A DNA stretch of 64,000 nt, from NCBI GenBank assembly GCA_965223325.1, contig CBDCWI010000002.1, positions 1,728,001 to 1,792,000 of the forward strand. The letters are read 5' to 3'. The notes under the pieces are model-generated. The model worked only from the letters and a program-made list of their open reading frames with translations. It was not told where the DNA came from and ran no database searches. Position 1 is the first letter of the stretch. Each line of letters starts with the position of its first letter. A program made the position numbers and the translations under genes. This stretch comes from Candidatus Multivoradales bacterium. Its GTDB lineage: Bacteria; Acidobacteriota; Thermoanaerobaculia; Multivoradales; Multivoraceae. Shown here one piece after another: positions 55,533 to 64,000 of the stretch.

Positions 55533-57902
55533 ATGCAGACGCCTGAAGCGACCAGCATCAAAGGCGAGAACCCGCCCGCCACCGAGCGCGGCTTCATCCT
55601 GCAACCGACCTATCGGGTGCGCGCTGGGCACCCTGTGGTCGTCATGTTCGGCGTCCTCGAAAGTGGTGCGAGCTTCGCGCTTCGCGACGACCGTCAAACT
55701 CCACACTTCTGGATCGAAGCAGAGGACGCCGAGGCGGCGCGCGCGCTGAGTGCTCCGACACCCCAGCCGAGCGAGCACAAGACGATGACCGGCAAGGCTG
55801 TCAACCGCATCGACGTGCGCACTCCCCGCGACGCGCCCCTGCTGCGCGACCGCCTGCACGAAAGCGGCATCTCGACCTACGAAGCCGACGTACGCTTTGC
55901 GATGCGCTACCTGATCGACCGTGGCATTCGCGGTTCGATCAACATCACCGGCCGGTGGACCCCCGGCGAGCGCACCAGCCAGGTGTTTCGCGATCCCGAA
56001 GTCTCCCCCGGCGATTTCGTGCCTCGCCTGCGAGTGCTGTCGATTGACATCGAAACCGACCCGAAGATTCGCAACGTACTCTCGATCGGGCTCTACGGCA
56101 GCGGGGCGCACGAGGTGTTGCTCGTCGATCGCCCGGGCTCACCCAGTCCCGCCGACGCGACCGTCGCCACCGGCGAGGCCGATCTACTCACCACGTTTGC
56201 CGAGCGGGTTCGCACCTACGATCCCGACGTGATCGTCGGCTGGAACGTCGCCGATTTCGACTTCGACGTGTTGCTGCGCCGCGCTGCTGAGCTGGGTGTG
56301 CGACTCGACCTCGGGCGCGCGCCGGGCAACACGACGCTTCGACGGGGCGACGGCTGGCGGCAGGCGACTCAGGTTTCGATTCCCGGGCGCGTGGTCCTCG
56401 ACGGTCCGCTTTCGCTGCGCAGCTCGTTCATCAGCATGGAGCGCATGAGTCTCGATTTCGTCGCTCGCGAGGTGCTGGGTGAAGGCAAGAGTCATTCCGG
56501 CGACGATCGCGCCGAAGCAATTCTCGACTGGTTCGAGAACGACCGCCAACGCCTGGTCGAGTACAACCTTCGCGACGCGCGCCTCGCGCTCGAGATCTTC
56601 GAGCAGCTCGAGCTGGTCGAACTAGCAGTCGAGCGCAGCAGGATTACCGGTATGCCGATCGATCGGGTCTCGGCGTCGGTTGCTTCTTTTGACTCGCTTT
56701 ATCTCTCCGAGCTCCACCGTCGCAAGACGGTCGCCCCGAGCGTTGGCGACCCGGCCGGGCCGAACCGCGAACATTTCACGCCGATGACCGGTGGCCATCT
56801 GTTGGTACCGGTGCCAGGGCTGCACGAGAACGTGCTGGTACTCGACTTCAAGAGCCTCTACCCGAGCCTCATGCGCACCTTCCAGATCGACCCGCTCGGC
56901 TACGCCCGTGGCCGCACCGCAACCGACGCGCTCGAAGCGCCCAACGGGGCGCGCTTCGAGCGCCGTCCGGGAATCCTGACCGACATTCTCAACGACCTCT
57001 TCCCGCGGCGCGAACAGGCAAAGAAAACCGGCAACGAGAGCGCCAGCCAGGCGATCAAAATCTTGATGAACTCGTTCTACGGCATCTTCGGCACTCCCGC
57101 CTGTCGCTTCTTCGAACCGGGCATCGCCAACGCGATCACCGGCTTCGGCAAGGAGATACTGCTCTACACACGCGACCTGTTCGAGAAGCGCGGCTACCCC
57201 GTCCTCTACGGCGACACCGACAGCCTGTTCGTGCTTTCGGGCGAAGACCGTCTCGCCGCCCTCGCTCTCGCACCCCGCCTGGCCGCGGAGCTCAACCGCG
57301 AGATCGCCGCGCACTTGCGCCGGACCTATCGGGTCGAAAGTCGCTTGGAGCTCGAGTTCGAACACCTCTTCGTGCGTCTCTTCCTGCCAACGACTCGCGG
57401 AGGCAGCGAGGGCGCACTCAAACGCTACGCCGGCCTGATCGCCACCGACGACGGCGACCGTGTTTCCTTCACAGGCCTCGAAGCGGTACGCCGCGACTGG
57501 ACCGACTTCGCGCGCCGCGCCCAGCGCTTGCTCTACGAGCGGCTCTTCCGTGACCAGCCGATCGAAGAAGAACTGCAGCAGCTGGTCGAAAGGCTACGCG
57601 CCGGCGAACTCAACGACCTCCTGGTCTACCGCAAGGCGATGCGCAAGGACGAGAGCGAGTACACCCGCACGACCCCCCCGCACGTCGCCGCCGCCCGCAA
57701 GATGAAAGCACCCCCGGGCCGCCTCATCGAGTACGTCATGACCCGCGGCGGCCCCGAACCAGCCGAGGAAAGAACGAACGCCTTCGACTACGCCCACTAC
57801 GTCACCAAACAACTCCGCCCAATCGCCGAACCGGTCCTCGAGGTCTTGGGGCTCGACTTCGAAAAGGTGATCGGCGACGACGTGCAACTGGACCTCTTCT
57901 GA
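55533..57902 (+). CDS. polB: DNA polymerase II (family B)
   Basis: YEADV, SIDIET, GWNV..FD, YNLRD, DFKSLYPS, AIKILMNSFYG, YGDTDS, KRYAG. Confidence 0.95.
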   Translation: MQTPEATSIKGENPPATERGFILQPTYRVRAGHPVVVMFGVLESGASFALRDDRQTPHFWIEAEDAEAARALSAPTPQPSEHKTMTGKAVNRIDVRTPRDAPLLRDRLHESGISTYEADVRFAMRYLIDRGIRGSINITGRWTPGERTSQVFRDPEVSPGDFVPRLRVLSIDIETDPKIRNVLSIGLYGSGAHEVLLVDRPGSPSPADATVATGEADLLTTFAERVRTYDPDVIVGWNVADFDFDVLLRRAAELGVRLDLGRAPGNTTLRRGDGWRQATQVSIPGRVVLDGPLSLRSSFISMERMSLDFVAREVLGEGKSHSGDDRAEAILDWFENDRQRLVEYNLRDARLALEIFEQLELVELAVERSRITGMPIDRVSASVASFDSLYLSELHRRKTVAPSVGDPAGPNREHFTPMTGGHLLVPVPGLHENVLVLDFKSLYPSLMRTFQIDPLGYARGRTATDALEAPNGARFERRPGILTDILNDLFPRREQAKKTGNESASQAIKILMNSFYGIFGTPACRFFEPGIANAITGFGKEILLYTRDLFEKRGYPVLYGDTDSLFVLSGEDRLAALALAPRLAAELNREIAAHLRRTYRVESRLELEFEHLFVRLFLPTTRGGSEGALKRYAGLIATDDGDRVSFTGLEAVRRDWTDFARRAQRLLYERLFRDQPIEEELQQLVERLRAGELNDLLVYRKAMRKDESEYTRTTPPHVAAARKMKAPPGRLIEYVMTRGGPEPAEERTNAFDYAHYVTKQLRPIAEPVLEVLGLDFEKVIGDDVQLDLF

Positions 57903-57942
57903 GCCCCGGCGGATCACCAGCTCAACATCGAAACCCAGTACT

Positions 57943-58334
57943 CGCCAGACTAGAACGGCTCGATTTCTGTCCTTGCCGCTTCCTTTTGTGGTTGTTGTTT
58001 CGTTTGTTGTTGTTGTTGGTTCGTGGTTGTCGGAGGGTTTGGGGTGGAAATCGGCCGTGGTGGCAGGCGATGGGCGACGCTCCTGGGCACGGCGACGCTT
58101 CTTCGCACTGCGGTGGGCAGCGCCGCCTGCGCTCGACGGCCGCGAATCGTCTATCGCCTGCGGTGGCGGTACAAGCTCGGCCGCCGAGAGCACCCTGGAC
58201 CGTCGCCCATGCGCCCGCCCCCACTCTCGCGCTACAGACAAGGTAGGGACGAACGTTTGAACGGGAGTCGACGCGGCATCTAGGGGGGCAGGGATCTCGC
58301 TTAGGGCGGGGGGGCGGTGGTGGTTGAGAGGACC
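57943..58334 (+). repeat. Left arm of a ~400-bp inverted repeat
   Basis: Reverse complement of 58588-58985 over long identical blocks; contains a (GTT)n-like tract. Confidence 0.92.
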
Positions 58335-58587
58335 GGGCGTTGGTGCCGGGCTCGTGGTAGCAGGACCGCTGGAGGGAAGTCTGAAAGGAGCACAGCAGGC
58401 GAGGAACGAGCTCGGCCGAGCTCTTCCGAGCTGGCTGGTGCCAGCATCCACGATCTTTTTCAGTCTGGGGGAGTGAGTCGGTCCACGCGAAGCGCAAACA
58501 AGGCTTGCCGACGGGACCGAAGGCGCCGACAAGCCAGCTCTTTCTCATTGGCGTCACCGGCTCAACGAAGGGCTCCGCAATGGTGTA

Positions 58588-58985
58588 GGTCCTCCCAACC
58601 ACCACCGCCCCCCCGCCCTAAGCGAGATCCCTGCCCGCCTAGATGCCGCGTCGACTCCGGAACGCGTTGCCTGGCCGTTGGTAGCAGCGCGAGAGTGGGG
58701 GCGGGCGCATGGGCGACGGTCCAGGGTGCTCTCGGCGGCCGAGCTTGTACCGCCACCGCAGGCGATAGACGATTCGCGGCCGTCGAGCGCAGGCGGCGCT
58801 GCCCACCGCAGTGCGAAGAAGCGTCGCCGTGCCCAGGAGCGTCGCCCATGTGTTCGCCCCCACGGCCGATCCATCCCAAACCCTCCGACAACCACGAACC
58901 AACAACAACAAACGAAACAACAAACGAAACAACAACCACAAAAGAAAGCGGCAAGGACAGAAATCGAGCCGTCCTACTTCTGGCG
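58588..58985 (-). repeat. Right arm of a ~400-bp inverted repeat
   Basis: Example: gacagaaatcgagccgt here vs acggctcgatttctgtc in the left arm; (AAC)n-like tract. Confidence 0.92.
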
Positions 58986-59026
58986 TGTAGTGCGCTGCGA
59001 CCCGGCAGGATCGATCCGCCGGCTTC

Positions 59027-60451
59027 CTAGCCCGTTTCGGCTAGCTCCTTTTGAACCACCCCGTCGTCCTCGAAACCCTCGATGCCCCAGCCCAGGGTGC
59101 GCGGTTCGCCGTCGACCGTTGTTTCGAGCAGGACCTTGCGGCCCCACAGAGTATGGAGGTGCTCGAGGGCGTGGCGGGCGTACTCGATTTCGAGGTCGCG
59201 ACCGTCGTGGGCATGGCGCAGGAAAAGCGTGCGGGTGCCGCCCGCATCTGCGTCTTCGATGCGAATCACTGGGAACGAACCGAGCCCCACTTGAGAGAGC
59301 AAGGCCGTCTTGACGCTCTGCCAGCCGCCATCGTCGGCGACATTCTCAATCACCAGGTCGTCGCCCTTGGCGCCGTACTCGAACATGTCGAGGTCACGCA
59401 TCAGCTCCGGGCCCAGGAAGCGGCGCAGGAACGAGACGTCGCGGTCGACCTCGCGTACCTTGAAGATCTCGGCCATGGCATCCGGCGAATCGAGACCGCC
59501 GTTCTTCTCGACAATGTCGTGCCACACCTTGAACCCGAGGTAGTACGGGTTGATCTGACCCGGGATCGGCCGCAGCACCTGCGCGTGGTGCACCGAGAAC
59601 TCCAGGTGGAGATCGGCCGAGAGCTCGAGGCGGTTCATGATCCAGTGGTGCCAGAAACTCGCCCAGCCCTCGTTCATGATCTTGGTTTCGATCTGAGGCA
59701 GGAAGTACTCCGTGCGCTCGTGAACGATCGTCAGGATGTCGCGCTGCCAGTCCTCGAGGAAACGGTTGTTGTCGCGAATGAACAGCAGCACGTCCTCCTC
59801 CGGCTCGAGCGGTAGTCGCGTGTGGTCGTTCCCGGTCGGTTCGGGCTTCGGATGAATGCTGGCCCACTCGTCGTGCGGCACGTCGGCCTCTTCGGCGCGC
59901 GCAATCTGCTCCTCGGGATCGAGCTTGCGGAGTGCGAAGTTTCGCCGGCACTGGTAGGCGAGTGCCTGTGCCGCGTCGAGAATCTCCTCCACCCGATGGA
60001 TACCGATCGATGGATCTTCGATGTAGGAGCGCACCCGGTCGGCAGCGCTCTTGAAACGCGTCAACGTCAGCTCTGGCCGGGTGTGGTGGAAGGTGAAGTT
60101 GTTCTTGAAGAAGTCGTTGTGACCGTAGACGTGCGCGATGATGAGAACCTGTAGACACAGGGTGTTGTCCTTCATCAGGTAGGCGAGCGACGGGTTCGAG
60201 TTGATCACCAGCTCATACGGCAGCCCGCTGACGCCGAGCTCATAAAGCGTCTTCTGACGCTCGTAAGACTTGCCGTACGACCAGTGCGGGTAATGTGCCG
60301 GCATTCCCGAGTAGGCCATGTAGGCCAGCATCTGGTTGTGATCGCAGACCTCGAACTCCTGCGGAAAGCAGTCGAGCCCCGCTTCATCAACCAGCTGCAG
60401 AATGCGCTCGTCCCAACTCTCGAGATCGTCGAGGGTCCAGGCGGTGGTCAT
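59027..60451 (-). CDS. spoVR: SpoVR/YcgB family protein
   Basis: GMPAHYPHWSYGK, YELVINSNP, AHVYGHNDFFKNN, TKIMNEGWASFWH, NPYYLG; ATGA overlap with the upstream gene. Confidence 0.93.
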   Translation of the reverse strand: MTTAWTLDDLESWDERILQLVDEAGLDCFPQEFEVCDHNQMLAYMAYSGMPAHYPHWSYGKSYERQKTLYELGVSGLPYELVINSNPSLAYLMKDNTLCLQVLIIAHVYGHNDFFKNNFTFHHTRPELTLTRFKSAADRVRSYIEDPSIGIHRVEEILDAAQALAYQCRRNFALRKLDPEEQIARAEEADVPHDEWASIHPKPEPTGNDHTRLPLEPEEDVLLFIRDNNRFLEDWQRDILTIVHERTEYFLPQIETKIMNEGWASFWHHWIMNRLELSADLHLEFSVHHAQVLRPIPGQINPYYLGFKVWHDIVEKNGGLDSPDAMAEIFKVREVDRDVSFLRRFLGPELMRDLDMFEYGAKGDDLVIENVADDGGWQSVKTALLSQVGLGSFPVIRIEDADAGGTRTLFLRHAHDGRDLEIEYARHALEHLHTLWGRKVLLETTVDGEPRTLGWGIEGFEDDGVVQKELAETG

Positions 60452-61683
60452 GCGGCCTCCTTCTCTGCCCCCAACAGGCGCTTGAGCGCCGGCCAGATGT
60501 CGTCTTTGCCGTTGATCTCGAGGGCGCGGAAGTTCGATGCGTCGAGCTTCTCCCACACCGAGAGCATCGAGCTAGCGTAGAACGAGGTAAAGGGGTGAGC
60601 GATCTTGCCTTTGATCTCGCCGTAGCCGAACAGGTTGCAGACCTCGCAGAGTTCCTTGGCCGCCGCTAGAGCTTTGTCGTTGTCGTGCCCGAAGTTGTCG
60701 CCGTCAGAGCAATGAAAGGCGTAGACGTTCCACATCGCCGGGTGGTAGCGATCGCGAATGATCTCGAGCGCCTTCTCGTAGCCCGACGAAATGCAGGTGC
60801 CACCCGACTCGCCCTTCGAGAAGAACTCCTCTTCGGTGACTTCGCGAGCGGTCGAATGGTGGGCAACGAACACCACCTCGACGTTCTGATAGCGCGAACG
60901 CACGAACTGGTAGAGCAGAAAGAAGAAGCTGCGCGCCAGGTACTTCTTCATCGTGTCCATCGACCCCGAGGTGTCCATAACGCAGATCACCACCGCGTTC
61001 GAGTGCGGGCGCTCCTCGGGTTGCAGGCGCTTGTAAGTCATGTCGTCCTTGTGGAACGGAAAGCGCTCTTCTTCTTCGGGCTCCGTGTCGGCGGGGGCCG
61101 GCAGCACACCTTCTTCGGCCATGCGGAACTTCCTGCGCTCTGCTGCCATCTTGCGGCGCAGCCGGTTCTTGACCGTGCGGCGCTTGTCGAGATGCACCCG
61201 GATGCCGGCACGTCGGAAGCCTTTGCGCTTGCGCTTTGCCTCGACGACGACATTGCGCAGGTTCTTGCGCTCGAGCTCGGGCAGTTCCAGGTCCTCGAAC
61301 ATCATCTCGATGAGCTCGGCGAGCGAGACCTCGGTCTCATAGTAGTCCTGGCCCGGATCGTTTCCAGCCGGTCCGATCCCCGGCTGAGGCTGTTGACCGT
61401 CACCCGCCTTACCGACCACCTGACCCTTCTGAGAATCACCGTTGCCGGTCGCGACCTTGTTGCCCTGGTTATTGCCGTAGACGAAGCGATACTCGCGGAT
61501 TCCGCGAATCGGCACCTTGACCATGCGATCAGCGCTCTTGCCGATGATCGACTCCTCAGAGAGAACATCGACCAGGTTGTCGCGAATCGCCTCGCGCACC
61601 TTCTCGCGATGACGCAGCCGATCCGAGGCGCTGCGATCAGAACGCAGGCCTTCGGATGAGCGGAAGGGCCGGAAGGTCGTCAC
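60448..61683 (-). CDS. yeaH: YeaH/YhbH (DUF444, vWA-like) family protein
   Basis: DLELPEL, MDTSGSM, KYLARSFFF, GESGGT, HCSDGDN, GYGEI; GTG 61683 start inferred. Confidence 0.9.
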   Translation of the reverse strand: MTTFRPFRSSEGLRSDRSASDRLRHREKVREAIRDNLVDVLSEESIIGKSADRMVKVPIRGIREYRFVYGNNQGNKVATGNGDSQKGQVVGKAGDGQQPQPGIGPAGNDPGQDYYETEVSLAELIEMMFEDLELPELERKNLRNVVVEAKRKRKGFRRAGIRVHLDKRRTVKNRLRRKMAAERRKFRMAEEGVLPAPADTEPEEEERFPFHKDDMTYKRLQPEERPHSNAVVICVMDTSGSMDTMKKYLARSFFFLLYQFVRSRYQNVEVVFVAHHSTAREVTEEEFFSKGESGGTCISSGYEKALEIIRDRYHPAMWNVYAFHCSDGDNFGHDNDKALAAAKELCEVCNLFGYGEIKGKIAHPFTSFYASSMLSVWEKLDASNFRALEINGKDDIWPALKRLLGAEKEAA

Positions 61684-61699
61684 GAGAGCCCCCCAGGAA

Positions 61700-62755
61700 G
61701 GAGCCAGGGGTGAAGCCCCACGGGACGACCTTCCCTCTTCGAGAAAGCGAGAGGGCGACCGTAGGCCCAAACCTGACCAACGCCCCTCTCCGAAAACGCA
61801 CCTGCCGAACAACGAGAGCGAAACGCCACGAGGTGCTGTCGTGGTGACGGCGAAACAAGGACGCTTTGCCGAAGCACTCGCTGAACAGCATCGATCAACG
61901 CCGAAAGCCTCCCAGGAACCGCACACCACGACGGCAAGTCAAACCGTCCCCCTTGGGGGACCGAGGGGGGAGAAGACGAGGACTGAAGTCGTGGTAACGA
62001 CCTCACCCAACCGCTAGACCGAATCTCCATGGGACAACCTTCCCCCATCGAGAAAGCACCTGCCGAACAACGAGAGCGAAACGCCACGAGGTGCTGTCGT
62101 GGTGACGGCGAAACAAGGACGCTTTGCCGAAGCACTCGCTGAACAGCATCGATCAACGCCGAAAGCCTCCCAGGAGCCGCACACCACGACGGCAAGTCAA
62201 ACCGTCCCCCTTGGGGGACCGAGGGGGGAGAATACGGGGCTTGGAGTCGTGGTAACAACAAGCCGAGCAAGCGAGAAGGAAGCTTCACGGCAAAACCCTT
62301 CCCTGCCCTGAGCGCGAAGCGGCCGCCGAACAACCACGGCTGCAAGCCCCCCGTCCCCCTTGGGGGACCGAGGGGGGAGAAGACGAGGACTGAAGTCGTG
62401 GTAACGACCTCACCCAACCGCTAGACCGAATCTCCATGGGACAACCTTCCCCCATCGAGAAAGCACCTGCCGAACAACGAGAGCGAAACGCCACGAGGTG
62501 CTGTCGTGGTGACGGCGAAACAAGGACGCATTGCCGAAGCACTCGCTGAACAGCATCGATCAACGCCGAAAGCCTCCCAGGAGCCGCACACCACGACGGC
62601 AAGTCAAACCGTCCCCCTTGGGGGACCGAGGGGGGAGAAGACGAGGACTGAAGTCGTGGTAACGACCTCACCCAACCGCTAGACCGAATCTCCATGGGAC
62701 AACCTTCCCCCATCGAGAAAGCGAAACGGTGGCCGCAAACCACGACTTCAGTCCT
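61700..62755. repeat. Modular non-coding repeat array (258-bp A-B-C units) between prkA and yeaH
   Basis: Block A starts at 61798, 62056, 62463; 31-bp block B (CCGTCCCCCTTGGGGGACCGAGGGGGGAGAA) at 61944, 62202, 62351, 62609. Confidence 0.92.
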
Positions 62756-64000
62756 TCCAGAGGTTGTTCGCCGCGTAGCGTAGAACCGTCTCCGCCGCGT
62801 CTTCGGCGTAGCCACGCTCCATCATCGCGGCGATCAGGTCGTCGTAGCGCTGACGCTGCTCGGCGTCGCGAGTGCGCGACTTGGTAACGATCCGGCTCAT
62901 GTCACGCACAGAGCTCATCAGTCGCTTCTCGATCGCGTCGCGCAAGGGCTCGTAAGACCTGAACGACACCGACTCGCCGCGACGCGCCGAGGCCCACAGG
63001 AAGGCCATGACCTCCTGGCGGAAGCCGTCGCACGCCGAACCGACGATCGCCAGCTGCTCTTCGATCGACTTGAGGAACTTCTCGTCGGGCTCGAGCTCTT
63101 CGCCGGTCGAGCCGTCCTTGACCAAGGTCTTGTTGACGTAGGCCTCGGTGTGGTCGAGGTAGCTCTGGAACAGGGCTTCTGCCTGTTCCTCGAACGAGTA
63201 GACGAAGGCGCGAGTGATCTCTTTCTCGAGGACCTCGAGGTAGACCTTGTGGATCGTGTCCTGGAGAAGCTCGAGGTAGTGCTTGCGGGTGTCGTCGGGC
63301 AGGTCGACTCGTTTCACCATGTTGATCAGCGCCTCGCGCACATTGATCGGGTGAATGCCGTTGGGCGAGTCTGAAAGGGCGTTGTCGACCGCCTTCATGA
63401 TGAAGCGCGTCGAAATCCCGTCCATGCCTTCGCGACGTGCATCTTCGCGCAGCTCGAGGGCCGAGAGCTTCGAGGTCTTGCCCTTCTCGATCACCTCTTC
63501 GCCGTTGTAGAGGCGCAGCTTGGTGAGCGGATCGCACTTGTTGGTGGGCTCGAGGCGAGTGAGAATCGCAAACATCGCCGCCAATTCGAGGGTGTGCGGC
63601 GCGATCGGCGCTCGGAAGTCGGACTTCTTGAGCAGCTTCTCGTAGATCTTCACCTCTTCGGTGAGGCGCAGGTTGTAGGGAACCTTCACCACTACGATGC
63701 GATCGAGAATCGCTTCGTTGGTGTGGTCACCCTTGAACTTCTGCCACTCCGACTCGTTCGAGTGCGCGATGATCACCGAATCAACGTACACCGTGCCGTG
63801 ACGTCCAGGAGCGGGAATGAACTTTTCCTGCGTCGCGGTGATCATGGTGTGGAGGTACTCGACCTCGTTCTTGAACACCTCGATGAACTCGACCATGCCG
63901 CGGTTGCCGACGTTGAAGGCACCGTTCAAGTCGAGCACTCGGGGGTCGTTCTCGGAGTAGGTGTCGAGCTTGGCGATGTCCTCTGAACCGATGAGCACCG
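62748..64000 (-). CDS. prkA: PrkA/YeaG family AAA+ serine protein kinase, C-terminal part; gene runs off the window end
   Basis: NRGMVEFIEVFK, LHTMITATQE, AHSNESEW, NEAILDRI, APHTLE, EGMDGISTRF. Confidence 0.93.
   Translation of the reverse strand, partial: VLIGSEDIAKLDTYSENDPRVLDLNGAFNVGNRGMVEFIEVFKNEVEYLHTMITATQEKFIPAPGRHGTVYVDSVIIAHSNESEWQKFKGDHTNEAILDRIVVVKVPYNLRLTEEVKIYEKLLKKSDFRAPIAPHTLELAAMFAILTRLEPTNKCDPLTKLRLYNGEEVIEKGKTSKLSALELREDARREGMDGISTRFIMKAVDNALSDSPNGIHPINVREALINMVKRVDLPDDTRKHYLELLQDTIHKVYLEVLEKEITRAFVYSFEEQAEALFQSYLDHTEAYVNKTLVKDGSTGEELEPDEKFLKSIEEQLAIVGSACDGFRQEVMAFLWASARRGESVSFRSYEPLRDAIEKRLMSSVRDMSRIVTKSRTRDAEQRQRYDDLIAAMMERGYAEDAAETVLRYAANNLWKD

Noticed and set aside
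55533-57902. Family B polymerase as a marker of a prophage, casposon or pipolin
   Set aside because: It looks like ordinary bacterial Pol II, with no integrase, Cas1 or phage genes nearby.
57922-59313. Several ORFs over the inverted repeat as a transposase or other protein
   Set aside because: No DDE, HUH or recombinase motifs; the same peptide appears on both strands simply because of the repeat.
61944-62639. CRISPR array based on the 31-bp palindromic block B
   Set aside because: The intervening sequences are 118-227 bp long and are themselves repeated, and there are no cas genes in the window.

Overview
GC-rich bacterial chromosomal window, most likely Acidobacteriota and plausibly class Thermoanaerobaculia. 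This is an inference from the ADOP-type duplicated permease, the TIGR02999-type ECF sigma and a recognisable 'FWFF..N.E...KVLDGC' C-terminal domain. About 50 CDS are present. Housekeeping and metabolic genes include glnS, gltX, uppS-like, tesB, polB, prkA-yeaH-spoVR and several oxidoreductases. No rRNA, tRNA, CRISPR array or transposase was seen. The best candidate for an undescribed system is a ~10.7 kb envelope locus at 29.9-40.6 kb. It holds a membrane Ser/Thr kinase carrying an exported caspase-like domain with an intact His/Cys dyad, a lipoprotein alpha/beta-hydrolase, an exported Sel1/coiled-coil protein with a closely related but Cys->Glu pseudo-caspase domain, an 8x Calx-beta autotransporter, and a divergent FHA-EAL phosphodiesterase. 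Other highlights: a UGA-split GrdB-like selenoprotein (UxxC plus SECIS-like hairpin); two cytochrome c-fused PHM-like copper monooxygenases; a kinase-less STK N-terminal domain beside an ECF sigma; a frameshifted IPTL-CTERM protein with three prodomain-like repeats; twin GTAAG-N6-GTAAG boxes at a Cpx-like locus; and three unrelated non-coding repeat structures (140-bp tandem, ~400-bp inverted pair, ~1 kb modular array inside the prkA operon). All family assignments come from motif recognition by eye, not database searches.
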